Part shown: one piece after another, positions 12,606-24,965 of the stretch
Numbering within the stretch: the first letter of the stretch is position 1
How the letters are laid out: every line of letters starts with the position of its first letter
NCBI RefSeq assembly: GCF_963921235.1
Contig: NC_086108.1
Location: forward strand, 101,434,001-101,498,000
Origin: Mobula hypostoma
Lineage: Eukaryota
DNA: 64,000 bases
Reading direction: 5' to 3'
Made by a program: the position numbers and the translations under genes
The notes under the pieces: model-generated
What the model saw: the letters and a program-made list of their open reading frames with translations, nothing else
Databases searched by the model: none
Told to the model about the DNA's origin: nothing

Positions 12606-12999
12606 CAAACACAAGGAAATCTGCAGATGCTGGAATTTCAAGCAACACACATAAAAGTTGCTGGTGAATGCAGCAGGCCAGGCAGCATCTCTAGGAAGAG
12701 GTACAGTCGACATTTAGGGTCGAGACCCTTCGTCAGGACTAACTAAAAGAAGAGCTAGTAAGAGATTTGAAAGTGGGAGGGGGAGAGGGAGATCCAAAAT
12801 GATAGGAGAAGACAGGAAGGGGGAGAGATGGAGCCAAGAGCTGGACAGTTGATTGGCAAAAGGGATATGAGAGGATCACGGGACAGGAGGCCCGGGGTGA
12901 AAGAAAGGGGGAGGGGGGAAGCCCAGAGGATGGGCAAGGAGTATAGTGAGAGGGACAGAGTGAGAAAGAGGAGAAAGAGAGAAAGTATATATGTGTATG

Positions 13000-13032
<33 letters not shown>

Positions 13033-13282
13033 TACATTTGTCCCATGATCCCCTCATATCCCTTTTGCCAATCAACAGTCCAGCTCTTGGCTCTATCCCT
13101 CCCCCTCCTGACTTCTCCTATCATTTGGGATCTCCCCCTCCCCCTCCCACTTTCAAATCTCTTATTAGTTCTTCTTTCAGTTAGTCCTGACGAAGGGTCT
13201 TGGCCCGAAACGTCGACTGTACCTCTTCCTAGAGATGCTTCCTGGCCTGCTGCGTTCACCAGCAACGTTTATGTGTGTTGCT
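12606..13282. mobile_element. Non-coding PLE terminal-repeat inverted pair with (TA)n spacer
   Basis: ~12637-12885 and 13039-13284 are reverse complements. TSD TGATATGATTGATG (12592-12605) / TGATATAAATGATG (13283-13296), 12/14 match. Confidence 0.88.
13182..13219 (+). ncRNA. Minimal type I hammerhead ribozyme motif (PLE), best-preserved copy
   Basis: UAGUC-CUGACGA-A-GGGU(CUUG)GCCC-GAAAC-GUC-GACUG; predicted cleavage after C13214. Confidence 0.78.
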
Positions 13283-15783
13283 TGATATAAATGATGATCC
13301 ATTTACGTTGGCAGAAATGGTGAGAGCAATAAAGAGATCAAGACCAACCTCCCCAGGGAAAGATCTGATTTGCTATGTTATGCTAAAACATCTAGGAGAA
13401 GGAACGCTCTTGAAGTTGCTGCATGGGAGGAGGGCAGATTTCCAAGTGCATGGAAAGAAAGTAGTAGTAATTCCAATAAGCAAACCTAGCAAGGATCCGT
13501 CAAAACCCACTAGCTACAGACCAATAGTATTAACATTAAATATATGTAAGATAATGGAAAGGATGATAACAGAAAGGTTATCATATGAGCTTGAGAAGAG
13601 GGGAATGCTGGCAAATTATCAGAGTGGTTTTATGAAAGGAAGGAATTCCATGGACTCAGTGATAAGGTTAGAGACTGAAATAGGGAAGGCCCAGGCAAAT
13701 AAAGAGTCAGTAGTTGTAGTGTTTTTTGACATTGAAGAAGTCTATGATATGATGTGGAAGGAAGGATTGTTAATTAAACTGCACAAGATTGGGGTTGGTG
13801 GAAGAGTTTTTAATTGGATTAAAGATTTTTTGTTTGGTAGAAAAATTCAAGTTCGGATTGGATCAGAATTATCAGAACAGTACACAGTGGAAAATGGCAC
13901 ACCTCAAGGTAGTGTGATTAGCCCGTTACTTTTCATCATTATGATCAATTATGTCTTCACAAAGGTACCAGTGGACGTAGGTAGGTCACTATTTGCGGAT
14001 GATGGGGCCTTGTGGAAAAGAGGCAGGAACATGGAGCATATAATCAGGAAACTACAAGGAGCAATTGATGAAGTGGTGGAGTGGGGTTATGGTTGAGGAT
14101 GTAGATTTTCAATAGAAAAAACTCAAACTGTATTTTTCACCAGGAAATGAATTGAGGTAGGAAAGAAGTTAAGGATGTATGGGATTGAATTAGAAAGGGT
14201 TGGATCATTAAAATTCCTGGGAGTTATATTTGATTCACGATTAACATGAGCAGACCATATCAGGAAAGTTGAGGAGAAATGTAAAAAAGTAATAAATGTG
14301 ATGAGATGTTTGACTGGTAGGGAATGGGGAGCAAGTTGTTCAGCGTTGAAGGGAATGTATGTGGCTTTAGTAAGATCTGTGTTGGACAATGGAAATATAG
14401 CATATGGATCAGCAGCTAGGTTTCTTATAAGGAAACTGGATGTGATTCAGGCTCAGGCTTTGAGAGTGTGCAGTGGGGCTTTTAAAACATCACCAGTATC
14501 AGCCCTACAGGTAGAAATAGGAGTAATGCCTTTGGATCTAAGAAGGATGCAATTGATGGCAAACTACTGGGCTAATTTGCAGGGGCACAATGATTCTCAC
14601 CCTGAAAAAGGAGTGTTACAGGAGTGCTGGGAAAATAGGAGGTTTCAGAGGGATACGTTTAGTCGAGTAGGGAATGATATTGCTAAAGAATGTGGAGTGT
14701 TTGATCTAAGGATAAGTCCTTCAGTAGTTTATCCAGTTGTAGCTCCATGGAAGCTTGTGTGCCCTGACATAGACTGGCATTTGTTAGAGGTAAAAAGGAA
14801 AGGAAAATATAAAACTGATTTGGTAAGTGCATTTAACTGTCATGTGATGGAAAAGTATAGTGATTATACTCAGATTTATACGGATGGTGCTAAGGAACCT
14901 GAAACAGGAGTGACAGGGTTTGGGGTGGCTATACCAGCAAAAGAAATTGGAATCAGCAGAAGAACATCTAATAAGTTAGGGGTGTTTACAGTGGAGATGC
15001 TGGCAGTGTTGGTTGCGTTGCAATGGGTGCAGAAAGCCAGACAAGCCAAAGCATTGATATGTTCAGATTCATCCTCAGTTCTAGCAAGTTTAAGGTCTTT
15101 TCACACAAACAGTCGGCAAGATGTACTTTATGAAGTCCTTCAGTTAGTTACAAGAATTGCAAATCAGGGAGGTCAGGTAAAGTTTCTATGGGTTCCAGCA
15201 CATGTAGGGGTGAAGGGGAATGACAGGGCGGATGAGTTGGCAAAGAGGGCATTAAAGAAAGAAAATATAGAAATGCATATTAGTATCAGTAAAGCAGAGG
15301 TTAAGTGTGTAATCTGGGGGAAAAAAAATCAACCAAATGTGGCAAGAAAAATGGGACAGGGAGGGGAAAGGGAGGCATTTATATCAAATACAAAAAAGTG
15401 TTGCAGGTAGTAGGGTAGGTAGTGGATACAGAAGAGAGGAAATTGTGTGGACTAGGTTAAGGCTGGGGCACTGTGCATTAAACAAAACATTGAAAATGAT
15501 AGGGAAACACCAGAAAGGATTGTGTGAGGAATGTCAGGAAGAGGAGTCAATAGAACATGTAGTTCTGACTTGCAGGAAGAATGGGATACAGAGAGAGATG
15601 ATGAGAATTAATCTAAGGGAATCAGGTGTGCAAGAATTCACATTAAAAGGGTTGCTGGGCGTGGGTGAGAGAGCACAGCTCAGGGTATGTTTAGCTTTCT
15701 TAAGGGTTTTTTTTATAGGATATGAAGGATAAGCAGGAATAGGGTACTAGGATGGCCAAAGATGGGAGGATAAAGTGTAGGTT

Positions 15784-15786
<3 letters not shown>

Positions 15787-15817
<31 letters not shown>
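15787..15817. repeat. (GT)n microsatellite in the Nimb 3' UTR
   Basis: Direct observation. Confidence 0.95.
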
Positions 15818-15819
<2 letters not shown>

Positions 15820-15945
15820 AGATTGGATGAAGGGATTTAGAACGTAAATCCATTGCACGTTCCGGAGCGGAAGGTGGCGGTAACGCACCATTAAGCTGGA
15901 TACCAACTGCCGTAAAACTAGACGGAGAAGAAGAACAAGAAGCTG

Positions 15946-16524
15946 TTTGTTCAGTTATTTAAAAATGGCAGGCTTGTAGAAAGAACCACCAGTGATCTGA
16001 CATAACATGAGCCCATTATTTGGCTGACCTGGCGAAACCGGTTTGAACTAGGCTGATTTGGGAAAGAACAAAAGAAGTTGTTTTAGGCCCAAATATACTA
16101 CTTGGGCCCTTGGGCCAGATCCAAAGAGAAGTCAATGAGCCTTAGCAAACAAAATGGCAAGATTATCGCTTGATCGGATAAGGAAAAGGATATGAATGGA
16201 GGATGTCGAGATACAGTGACAACTCTGGAGACTACCCATCACAGAAGCGGATAACCCCATATCAGAAACATGGAGATTACTACGGGATCAGGAGGAATAC
16301 CTGGCCATCATAGAATCCTGTCCCAGGTAGTATCTTTCCTACTTTGACTGTTTAGGGAGTGTCAGGGAAATCCAGTAGTGTGTGCACAGGTAGTTAGTTT
16401 TGTAACTTCATGTGCTTGTTGTTAACTGAACCAATAAAGGTATTTGTCAGGTAATAGAAATTCTTATTGTGCCTAATTAGTCACTATTGTTGAGGATTAA
16501 TAGCTAAACATTCCCTAAGAAACA
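15946..16524 (+). mobile_element. Possible LTR remnant (the sequence Nimb inserted into)
   Basis: Non-coding, AATAAA near 16433, ends ...AAACA. The 5' boundary and TSD were not found. Confidence 0.3.
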
Positions 16525-16683
16525 GTTATGCATAGGTACATTCTTCTCCACATCCTTAAGAATAGAATAGAAAGTAGAGAGAGGATAACCTCAGATACTT
16601 GCTATTTTCCTAGAAGGGACAAAATAATGAGATATTTAATTCCCAATCCTCTTCACCCTGAAACCACATCTCTGTAATGGCCA

Positions 16684-17470
16684 CTAAATCATACCCCTTT
16701 GTACTGATTTGCGCCACAATTCACTGACCTTGTTTTGAATACTATGGGCTTTCAAATAAAGTGCCTTTACACTTCTGGTGCTTTTAAAATCTTGTAATCT
16801 TTTACTCTTCAGTATTCCACTTTTCTTCACTCCACTCTTACCTTTCTCTTTTTTATCTTTTGCTTTTACTTTATCTTTATCTGCACTTTTCTTTTTTACT
16901 TTAACTGTACTTCTCCAATCTATTGAACCCACCCCCACCCCCCGACTATTTAGTTTAAAGCCCTGTCCACAGCCCTAGCTGAGCAATTCGCTTGTATCTC
17001 GTTCATGTGGAGCCCGTTCCTTTGGTACAGTTCCCTCCCTCCCCAATACTGGTGCCAATTTCCCATGAATTTAAACCTACTTCTTCCACACCAATCCTTG
17101 AGCCCATGCACTTAACTCTTTGATCTTCTTGACCCTATGTCAATTTGTGTGTAACTCAGGTAGTAATCCAGAGATTACTGCCTTTTTGCTTCTGCTTTTT
17201 AATTTACTCCCTAGCTGCTCAAATTCCTCGTTCTGCCTATGTCATTGGTACCCACATGGACCACGACAACTGGATCTTTCCCCTCCCACTGCAAATTCCT
17301 CAGCAGGTCAGATAAGACGTCCTGAATCTGGACAACAGGCAGGCAACACAGCCTTTGGAATGCTCTATCCTCGCGACAGAGAACTTCGTTTTTTTCCCTT
17401 GACTCTACTATCCTCAATTACCACTACATTTCTCTTCTCCCTCCCCCTTATTAAATAGCCCCCTGAACTA
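16684..17470 (-). mobile_element. CR1 fragment (ORF1 esterase end to ORF2 start)
   Basis: Minus ORFs: CCLPVV, VVVVHVGTNDIGR, LYLKAHSIQNKV. Confidence 0.8.
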
Positions 17471-18049
17471 CAGGTTCACCATCGTGAATGTGAAGTTCCC
17501 CTCAGGCACATGAAGAATCAAAACGGGACTACGAGGAACATCCTCTTTAACTGGTATTATATTTTCTATTCTTTGACTCTTCATGGAAGGTCAGGAAAAC
17601 TTAGCAGGGATGCACAAAGCTATTTGGTTGTGCAAGTTCACGTGTGCTTCAGTTGAGACAATAAGGGTACTTATAAGTAAATACAGATTCTCTCTGTGCG
17701 TCTCTGATCATTATCACATGGAATGATTCTTGTAACAAGAGATATCACAATGCTCATCATTTGACTGGTGGGTTCTTCTGGTGGAGTACTCTCTATCCCA
17801 AAATTTACAAACCTCTGAAATCTGAAACCTGTTTGAGTGCTGCTATAGTATCACCAATGGAAAAATTCCACAAGGTGCTGGGAAGTTTCCCAGCCGATGC
17901 ACAACAGGCCTCTGCATGCCATAGTCAGTTCTAAGAAGTGACATCACACATATAATGAATTCAGCAGCACTGAAGTGAATATTAACTACTTAATGGTATG
18001 TCGATTATGAAACAAGCAAAGAACGAGCAACAGATAAATAGAAGGGTAG

Positions 18050-21000
18050 GTCAAATGGAGCGGCCTGTGAAAAGCGGCCAGTGAGTGAGTGGGCCAGTGA
18101 AGGAATGGAGCTTTGAGGCTTTGACTCGAGAGGCTTCGATGAGAAGAGGCGGAGGACAAGCTTGCTCGCAGTTAGTCTTTACAATGCCTCCTGAGACGGT
18201 GATGTGCCTCTCATGTGAGATGTGGCAGTCTTGGGGGAACGCCCCTCTCCCGCAGAGTCACACCTGCCAGAAGTGCATACGGCTGGGTGATCTGGAAGAC
18301 CGTGTAAGGAATCTGGAGCTGCAGCTGGATGACCTTCGACTCATAAGGGAGAATGAGGCAGTCATAGATGAGAGCACAGGGAGGTAGTCACACTTAAGCT
18401 GTCGGAAGCAGGTCGTTGGGTGACAGTCAGAGGGGGGAAAGCGAAGGTGAGCAGACAGGTAGTTCAGAGCACCCCTGTAGCCATTCCCCTGAATAATAAG
18501 TTTACCATCCTCGATACTGTTGGCGGGGACGACCGACCAGGTGTGAGCCATGATAGCAGGGCCTTCGGCACTGAGTCTGACCCTGTGGTGCAGAAGGGAG
18601 GGACGGAGAAAAGGAGAGCTGTCGTCATTGGAGAGGCTATAGTCAGGGGAGCAGACAGGAGATTTTGTGGACGTGAGAAGGACACCCGCATGGTTTGTTG
18701 CCTCCCGGGTGCCAGGGTCCGGGATGTCTCTGACCGCATGCATGACATCTTGGTACGAGAGGGAAAACAACCAGAAGTCGTGATACATGTAGGGATCAAC
18801 AACATAGGCAGGAAGAGGGATGAGGTGAGTATCGGGAACTAGGCAGAAGGCTGAAGAACAGGACCTCAAGGGTGGCGTTCACAGGATTGCTGCCAGTGCA
18901 ACGTGACAGTAATTGTAAGAATTGGAGGAGATGGCAGTTGAACGTGTGGCTGAGGAGTTGGTGCAGGGAGCAGGGTTTTAGATTTTTGGATCATTGGGAT
19001 CTCTTCTGGGGAAGGTGGGACCTGTACAGATTGGATGGGTTGCACCTGAACTCGAGGGGGAGCAATATCCTTGCAGGTAGGTTTGCTCAGATGGTTCGGG
19101 AGGGTTTAAACTAATTTGCAAGAGGGATGGGACCCAGAGCGATAGAGCAGTGAAAGAAGTGCATGGAGTAAAGCCAGATCTAACATACAGAGAGGCTTTG
19201 AGGAAAGAGAAGCAGAATAAACGGTGTAAAGACGGTAAGGTAGAAGGGCTGAAGTGTGTGTACCTCAATGCAAGAAGCATCAGGAACAAAGGTGATGATT
19301 TGAGAGCTTGGATACATACATGGAATTATGATGTAGTGGCCATTACAGAGACTTGGCTGGCACCAGGGCAGGAATGGATTCTCAATATTCCTGGATTTCA
19401 GTGCTTTAAAAGGGATGGTGGGGGGAAGGGGAGGAGGGGTGGCATTACTGGTCAGGGATACTATTATGGCTACAGAAAGGGTGGGTAATGTAGCAGGATC
19501 CTCTTTTGAGTCACTATGGGTGGAAGTCAGGAACAGGAAGGGAGCAGTTACTCTATTGGGGTTTTTCTATAGGCCCCCTGGTAGCAGCAGAGATACAGAG
19601 GAGCAGATTGGGAGGCAGATTTTGGAAATGTGCAAAAATAACAGGGTTGTTATCATGGGTGACTTTAACTTCCCTAATATTGATTGGCACCTGATTAGTT
19701 CCAAGGGTTGAGATGGGGCAGAGTTTGTTAAGTGTGTCCAGGATGGATTCCTGTCACAGTATGTGGACAGGCCGACTAGGGGGAATGCCATACTAGATCT
19801 AGTACTAGGTAATGAATCGGGTCAGGTCAGAGATCTCTCAGTGGGTGAGCATTTGGGGAACAGTGACCACCGCTCCCTAGCCTTTAGCATTATCATGGAA
19901 AAGGATAGAATCAGAGAGGACAGGAAAATTTTTAATTGGGGAAGGGCAAATTATGAGGCTATAAGGCTAGAACTTGCGGGTGTGAATTGGGATGATGGTT
20001 TTGCAGGGAAATGTACTATGGACATGTGGTCGATGTTTAGAGATCTCTTGCAGGATGTTAGGGATAAATTTGTCCCGGTGAGGAAGATAAAGAATGGTAG
20101 GGTGAAGGAACCATGGGTGACAAGTGAGGTGGAAAATCTAGTCAGGTGGAAGAAGGCAGCATACATGAGGTTTAGGAAACAAGGATCAGATGGGTCTATT
20201 GAGGAATATAGGGTAGCAAGAAAGGAGCTTAAGAAGGGGCTGAGAAGAGTAAGAAGGGGGCATGAGAAGGCCTTGGCGAGTAGGGTAAAGGAAAACCCCA
20301 AGGCATTCTTTAGTTAGGTGAAGAACAAAAGGATGATAGGAGTGAAGGTAGGACCGATTCGAGATAAAGGTGGGAAGATGTGCCTGGAGGCTGTGGAAGT
20401 GAGAGAGGCCCTCAATGAATACTTCTCTTCGGTATTCACCTGTGAGAGGGAACTTGATGATGGTGAGGACAATGAGTGAGGTTGACGTTCTGGAGCATGT
20501 TGATATTAAGGGAAAGGAGGTGTTGGAGTTGTTAAAATACATTAGGACGGATAAGTCCCTGGGGCCTGACGGAATATTCCCCAGGCTGCTCCACGAGGCA
20601 AGGGAAGAGATTGCTGAACCTCTGGCTAGGATCTTCATATCCTCGTTGTCCATAGGAAGGGTACCGGAGGATTGGAGAAAGGCAAATGTTGACCCCTTGT
20701 TCAAAAAAGGTAGTGGGGATAGTCTGGTTAATTATAGACCAGTGAGTCTTACGTCTGTGGTGGGAAAGCTGTTGGAAAAGATTCTTAGAGATAGGATCTA
20801 TAGGCATTTAGAAAATCATGGTTTGATCAGGGACAGTCAGCATGGCTTTGTGAAGGGCAGATTGTGTCTAACAAGCCTGATAGAGTTCTTTGAGGAGGTG
20901 ACCAGGCATGTAGATGAGGGTAGTGCAGTGGATGTGATCTATATGGATTTTAGTAAGGCATTTGACAAGGTTCCACACGGTAGGCTTATTCAGAAAGTCA

Positions 21001-22103
21001 GAAGGCATGGGATGCAGGGAAGTTTGGCCAGGTGGATTCAGAATTGGCTTACCTGCAGAAGGCAGAGGGTGGTGGTGGAGGGAGTACATTCAGATTGGAG
21101 GATTGTGACTAGTGGTGTCCCAGAAGGATCTGTTCTGGGACCTCTACTCTTCGTGATTTTTATTAATGACCTGGATGTTGGGGTAGAAAGGTGGGTTGGC
21201 AAGTTTGCAGACGACACAATGGTTGGTGGTGTTGTGGATAGTGTAGAGCATTGTCGAAGATTGCAGAGAGACATTGATAGGATGCAGAATTGGGTTGAGA
21301 AGTGGCAGATGGAGTTCAACCCGGAGAAGTGTGAGGTGGTACACTTTGGAAGGACAAACTCCAAGGCAGAGTACAAAGTAAATGGCAGGGTACTTGGTAA
21401 TGTGGAGGAGCAGAGGGATCTGGGGGTACATATCCATAGATCCCTGAAAGTTGCCTCACAGGTGGATAGGGTAGTTAAGAAAGCTTATGGGGTGTTAGCT
21501 TTCATAAGTCGAGGGATAGAGTTTAAGAGTCGCGATGTAATGATGCAGCTCTATAAAACTCTGGTTAGGCCACACTTGGAGTACTGTGTCCAGTTCTGTT
21601 CGCCTCACTATAGGAAGGATGTGGAAGCATTGGAAAGGGTACAGAGGAGATTTACCAGGATGCTGCCTGGTTTAGAGAGTATGCATTATGATCAGAGATT
21701 AAGGGAGCTAGTGCTTTACTCTTTGGAGAGAAGAAGGATGAGAGGAGACATGATAGAGGTTTACAAGATATTAAGAGGAATAGATAGAGTGGACAGCCAG
21801 TGCCTCTTCCCCAGGGGACCACTGCTCAGTACAAGAGGACAAGGCTTTAAGGTAAGGGGTGGGAAGTTCAACGGGGATATTGGAGGAAGGTTTTTTACTC
21901 AGAGAGTGGTTGCTACGTTGAATGCACTGTCTGAGTTAGTGGTGGAGGCTACACTAGTGAAATTTAAGAGATTGCTAGACAGGAATATGGAGGAATTTAA
22001 GGTGGGGGGTTATATGGGAGGTAGGGTTTAAGGGTCAGCACAACATTGTGGGCTGAAGGGCCTGTATGGTACTGTACTATTCTATGTTCTATGTTCTACG
22101 TTC
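18050..22103 (+). mobile_element. Near-full-length young CR1 LINE (ORF1 zinc finger/coiled coil/SGNH esterase; ORF2 APE-RT)
   Basis: CLSCEMW..CQKC, VVIGEAIVRG, HVGINN, DGLHLN; YLNARSIRNK, AITETWL, MGDFNFP, SDHR; long RT ORF; (TTCTATG)n tail. Confidence 0.95.
20415..22031 (+). CDS. CR1 ORF2 reverse transcriptase part (open 538 aa, cut off from APE by stops and frameshift)
   Basis: NYRPVSLTSVVGK, YMDFSKAFDKVPH, SGVPEGSVLGP, KFADDT, RPHLEYC. Confidence 0.9.
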   Translation: MNTSLRYSPVRGNLMMVRTMSEVDVLEHVDIKGKEVLELLKYIRTDKSLGPDGIFPRLLHEAREEIAEPLARIFISSLSIGRVPEDWRKANVDPLFKKGSGDSLVNYRPVSLTSVVGKLLEKILRDRIYRHLENHGLIRDSQHGFVKGRLCLTSLIEFFEEVTRHVDEGSAVDVIYMDFSKAFDKVPHGRLIQKVRRHGMQGSLARWIQNWLTCRRQRVVVEGVHSDWRIVTSGVPEGSVLGPLLFVIFINDLDVGVERWVGKFADDTMVGGVVDSVEHCRRLQRDIDRMQNWVEKWQMEFNPEKCEVVHFGRTNSKAEYKVNGRVLGNVEEQRDLGVHIHRSLKVASQVDRVVKKAYGVLAFISRGIEFKSRDVMMQLYKTLVRPHLEYCVQFCSPHYRKDVEALERVQRRFTRMLPGLESMHYDQRLRELVLYSLERRRMRGDMIEVYKILRGIDRVDSQCLFPRGPLLSTRGQGFKVRGGKFNGDIGGRFFTQRVVATLNALSELVVEATLVKFKRLLDRNMEEFKVGGYMGGRV

Positions 22104-22430
22104 AACCTGTACTAATCTCTCAGAGCTGCTATTGGAGTTTGTCAGACCGGCAGAGAATGAATGAGGCCCACAACCTCTCCCACCCAAGGGCAGAAAGTTG
22201 TTGGTGAATTCTGAAGTCAGAGTTCTGTGTGCGCAGGAGGAATGAGTCCCGATGTGCCCCCGAATTCATGAATCAGTGAGGTTGGGGTTTGATGCCAGGG
22301 ATCAAGGCCCAAGTGTTGAATCAGAAGTCTGTGGATGTTATTTGTTAATGGAAATGACACTGTTAATTGTCTGTCAATCTGTCAATTTCATTATTACCCC
22401 TCGACATCTGTCAATTTCAATGTACATATC

Positions 22431-23075
22431 AAAGGTTTCAAAGGTACAATTTAATGTCAGAGAAATGTATATAATATACACCCTAAAATGCTTTCTCTTC
22501 GCAACCATCCACAAAAACAGAGGGGTGCCCCAAAGAATGAATGACAGTCAAATGTTAGAACCCCAAAGTACCCCCCAGCTCCCCCTCACATGCGTAAGTG
22601 GCAACAAGCAACAATACCCCCCTCCCCCCACCGGCAAAAAAAAGCATTGGCAACAGCCACCGAGCACTCAAGTGTGAGCAAAGCAACAGCAAAGACACAG
22701 ACTTGCAGTTACCCCAAAGACATCGTGCTTCACCCAGTATTCGACATACCACAGGTTTTCTCTCTCTCCCTAATGGGCACATAACCATGGATATTCCGAC
22801 TCCCCCGACGATACACGCGTCTCCTGTTGTGACACTGGCCCTCGATCCTCCCATCTTCAGAGCCCAGAAATTCTCGGCTTCCAAATCTGAGCTGGACTGT
22901 TTAGCTGAGCCCTTGGCGTGCCAAACAATGGCCGATTAGGAAACCCCGAGAACGGGTCCCATTCCCGCAAAGAACCATAGTCAGCATGTAACTCCAGGTC
23001 AGGGTCTTCAAAAGAACCCTGAAAGGGAAAAATAAGGATATTAAAGATGGAAATATTGTTGTTTCCGAAGATGCA
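22431..23075 (-). mobile_element. Unclassified non-autonomous retroposon (same family as 48506-49278)
   Basis: Long non-coding similarity to 48506-49278; TTTGAA-repeat tail at the left end. Confidence 0.7.
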
Positions 23076-24965
23076 TGCAAATAAACATGTGACAAATAAA
23101 CTTGAATCTTAAATCTTGATGGATATTCTAAGAAAATTCAAAGTAAATTTAAAGCCATGTTACCTCTCCTCCTATTCATATGAAGTCAGAAATGATCTAT
23201 CAATGGAATTAGCAAATTTTAATCCATTCAGTTTAACTCTGTCCAATATGTCATTGAAAGTCAAGTAATTCACTTGGATAACTTCCACAAATGTCTTCAG
23301 TTATTTTATTCTGTCTGGTATCTTAAGTCATTTTTAAACTTATGGTGTCACAAGAAGAATTTAGGAACTCCATACTTCATAAACCATTTACTTTTCTATT
23401 TGTTAGAATGCTTCGGATCCGATCACTTCGACTGATCTTGGATTCTTTTGACGTACACTTCTGCAAAATATGTATTTTTTCCCTTTCATAAGGGATATAG
23501 TAATACAGGTTGCTGTTATCATTGTAAGAAATACTTCAACCATTAATAACATATCTAGAAATTCCAAGGTATCCATGTCTAGAAATTCCAAAATATTTAT
23601 TTTGTTGTTGACCTAATTTTCTAAACTCCAGTCATGGAGAAGTATGGCGCATCTTCTGGCCATTCAGTGGCAGAAGCAGGCCACAGCAACGAAGTTTCTT
23701 GCAGGTTGGCCTTGCTTTTTTAAAATGAGATCTTCGCAGGCATTCAGGCTCATTCCGATGGCCCAGTCAGCGGCAGGAGCAGGCCACAGGTTTCTCACAT
23801 GTCAATGATACCTGTTTAAAAGTACAGAAGGGAGAAGCGGGGCGGCAACTGTCAGGGCAGCTATTGTTGGGAGTCGGCCAGTGGTGAGAGTAGGCTTCAG
23901 CTCCAAAGAGGCTCTGGGTAAGCTTCTGTTAAGGTTCCCTCTTACTGTACCTGGTGTAGTAAATGGCTGTTGTGCGTTCTTCATGCCGGAGCCCTGGGAG
24001 ACCCAGACTCTTCCAGGGAACTACTTCTGTATGCAGTGCATCCAGCAGCAGCTCCTTGAAGACCGTGTTAGGGATCTGGAGCAGCAGCTGGATGGCCTTC
24101 AGCTTGTACAGGAGAGTGAGGAGATTGTCAATCAGAGTTACAGGAAAGTAGTCACCCTGAAGTTGCAGGAGGTGAGTAGCTGGTTGACTGTCGGGAGGAA
24201 TGGAACTGTGGATAGGCAGTTAGCACAGTGCACCCCTGTGGCCATTCCCCTCAAAAGTAAGAATATTGGTTTTGAAGCTGTTGTGGGGGATGACCTCCCA
24301 GGAGAATGCAATGGAGTCTTGGTTATTGGTACTGAGCATAGGTTCATGATGCAGAAGGGAAAGAGGGAGAAGAGGGGAGTGGTAGTGATAGGGGACTCAA
24401 TAGACAGGGGAACAGACAGGAGATTCTGGGGACATGAACAGGACACCCAGGTGGTATATGGCTTCCAGTGCCAGGGTCAGGGATGTCTCAGATCACATCT
24501 ACAACATCTTGGAGAGGGAGGGAAAGCACCAGATATCTTGGTGCATATTGGTACCAATGACACAGGAAGGAAAAGCAAAGATGTCCTGAAAAGAAAATTT
24601 AGAGAACTAGGTAGAAAGGTGAGAAGCAGGACCTCCCGGGTAGTAATTTCTGGATTGCTGTCGGTGCTATGAACTAGTGAGGGTAGAAACAGGATAATTT
24701 GGCAAATTAATGGGTGACTGAGAAGCTGGTGCAAGGGGTGGGACTTCATATTCTTGGAACATTGGGATCTCTTCTAGGGGAGGTATGACCTGTTCAATAG
24801 TGATGGGTTGCACCTGAACCAAACGGGAACCAATATTCTCACAGGCAGGTTTGTTAGAGCTTTTGGGAAGGGTTTAAACTGATTTGGCAGGGGGGTGGGA
24901 ACTGGAGAGAAGGGACTCAGGATAGGACAGATGATAAAAAAGCAAAGATAGCATGCAGTCAGACT

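Larger units (their letters stand above)
11290..15732 (+). pseudogene. Nimb ORF2 (APE endonuclease, RT, RNase H, C-terminal CCHC), with stops and frameshifts and a PLE at 12606-13282
   Basis: Starts MVILLQWNAKSL; IQETWL, DYNAHS, LDITLVS, SDHYPV; RT ORF 13275-14096; RNase H ORF 14298-15410; CEEC..EHVVLTC. Confidence 0.9.
5081..15932 (+). mobile_element. Apparently full-length, decayed Nimb/I-group LINE (gag-like ORF1; APE-RT-RNase H ORF2) with nested insertions
   Basis: Perfect 13-bp TSD GAACAAGAAGCTG at 5068-5080 and 15933-15945, short GAA tail. ORF1 zinc knuckles, APE, RT (GTPQGSVISP, LFADDG), RNase H (IYTDGAK, SDS, WVPAHVGVKGNDRADELAK). Confidence 0.9.

Noticed and set aside
20415..22031. 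538-aa RT ORF as an active or domesticated gene
   Set aside because: It is separated from APE by stops and a frameshift, and has PEG in place of the conserved PQG; an ordinary young CR1 copy.
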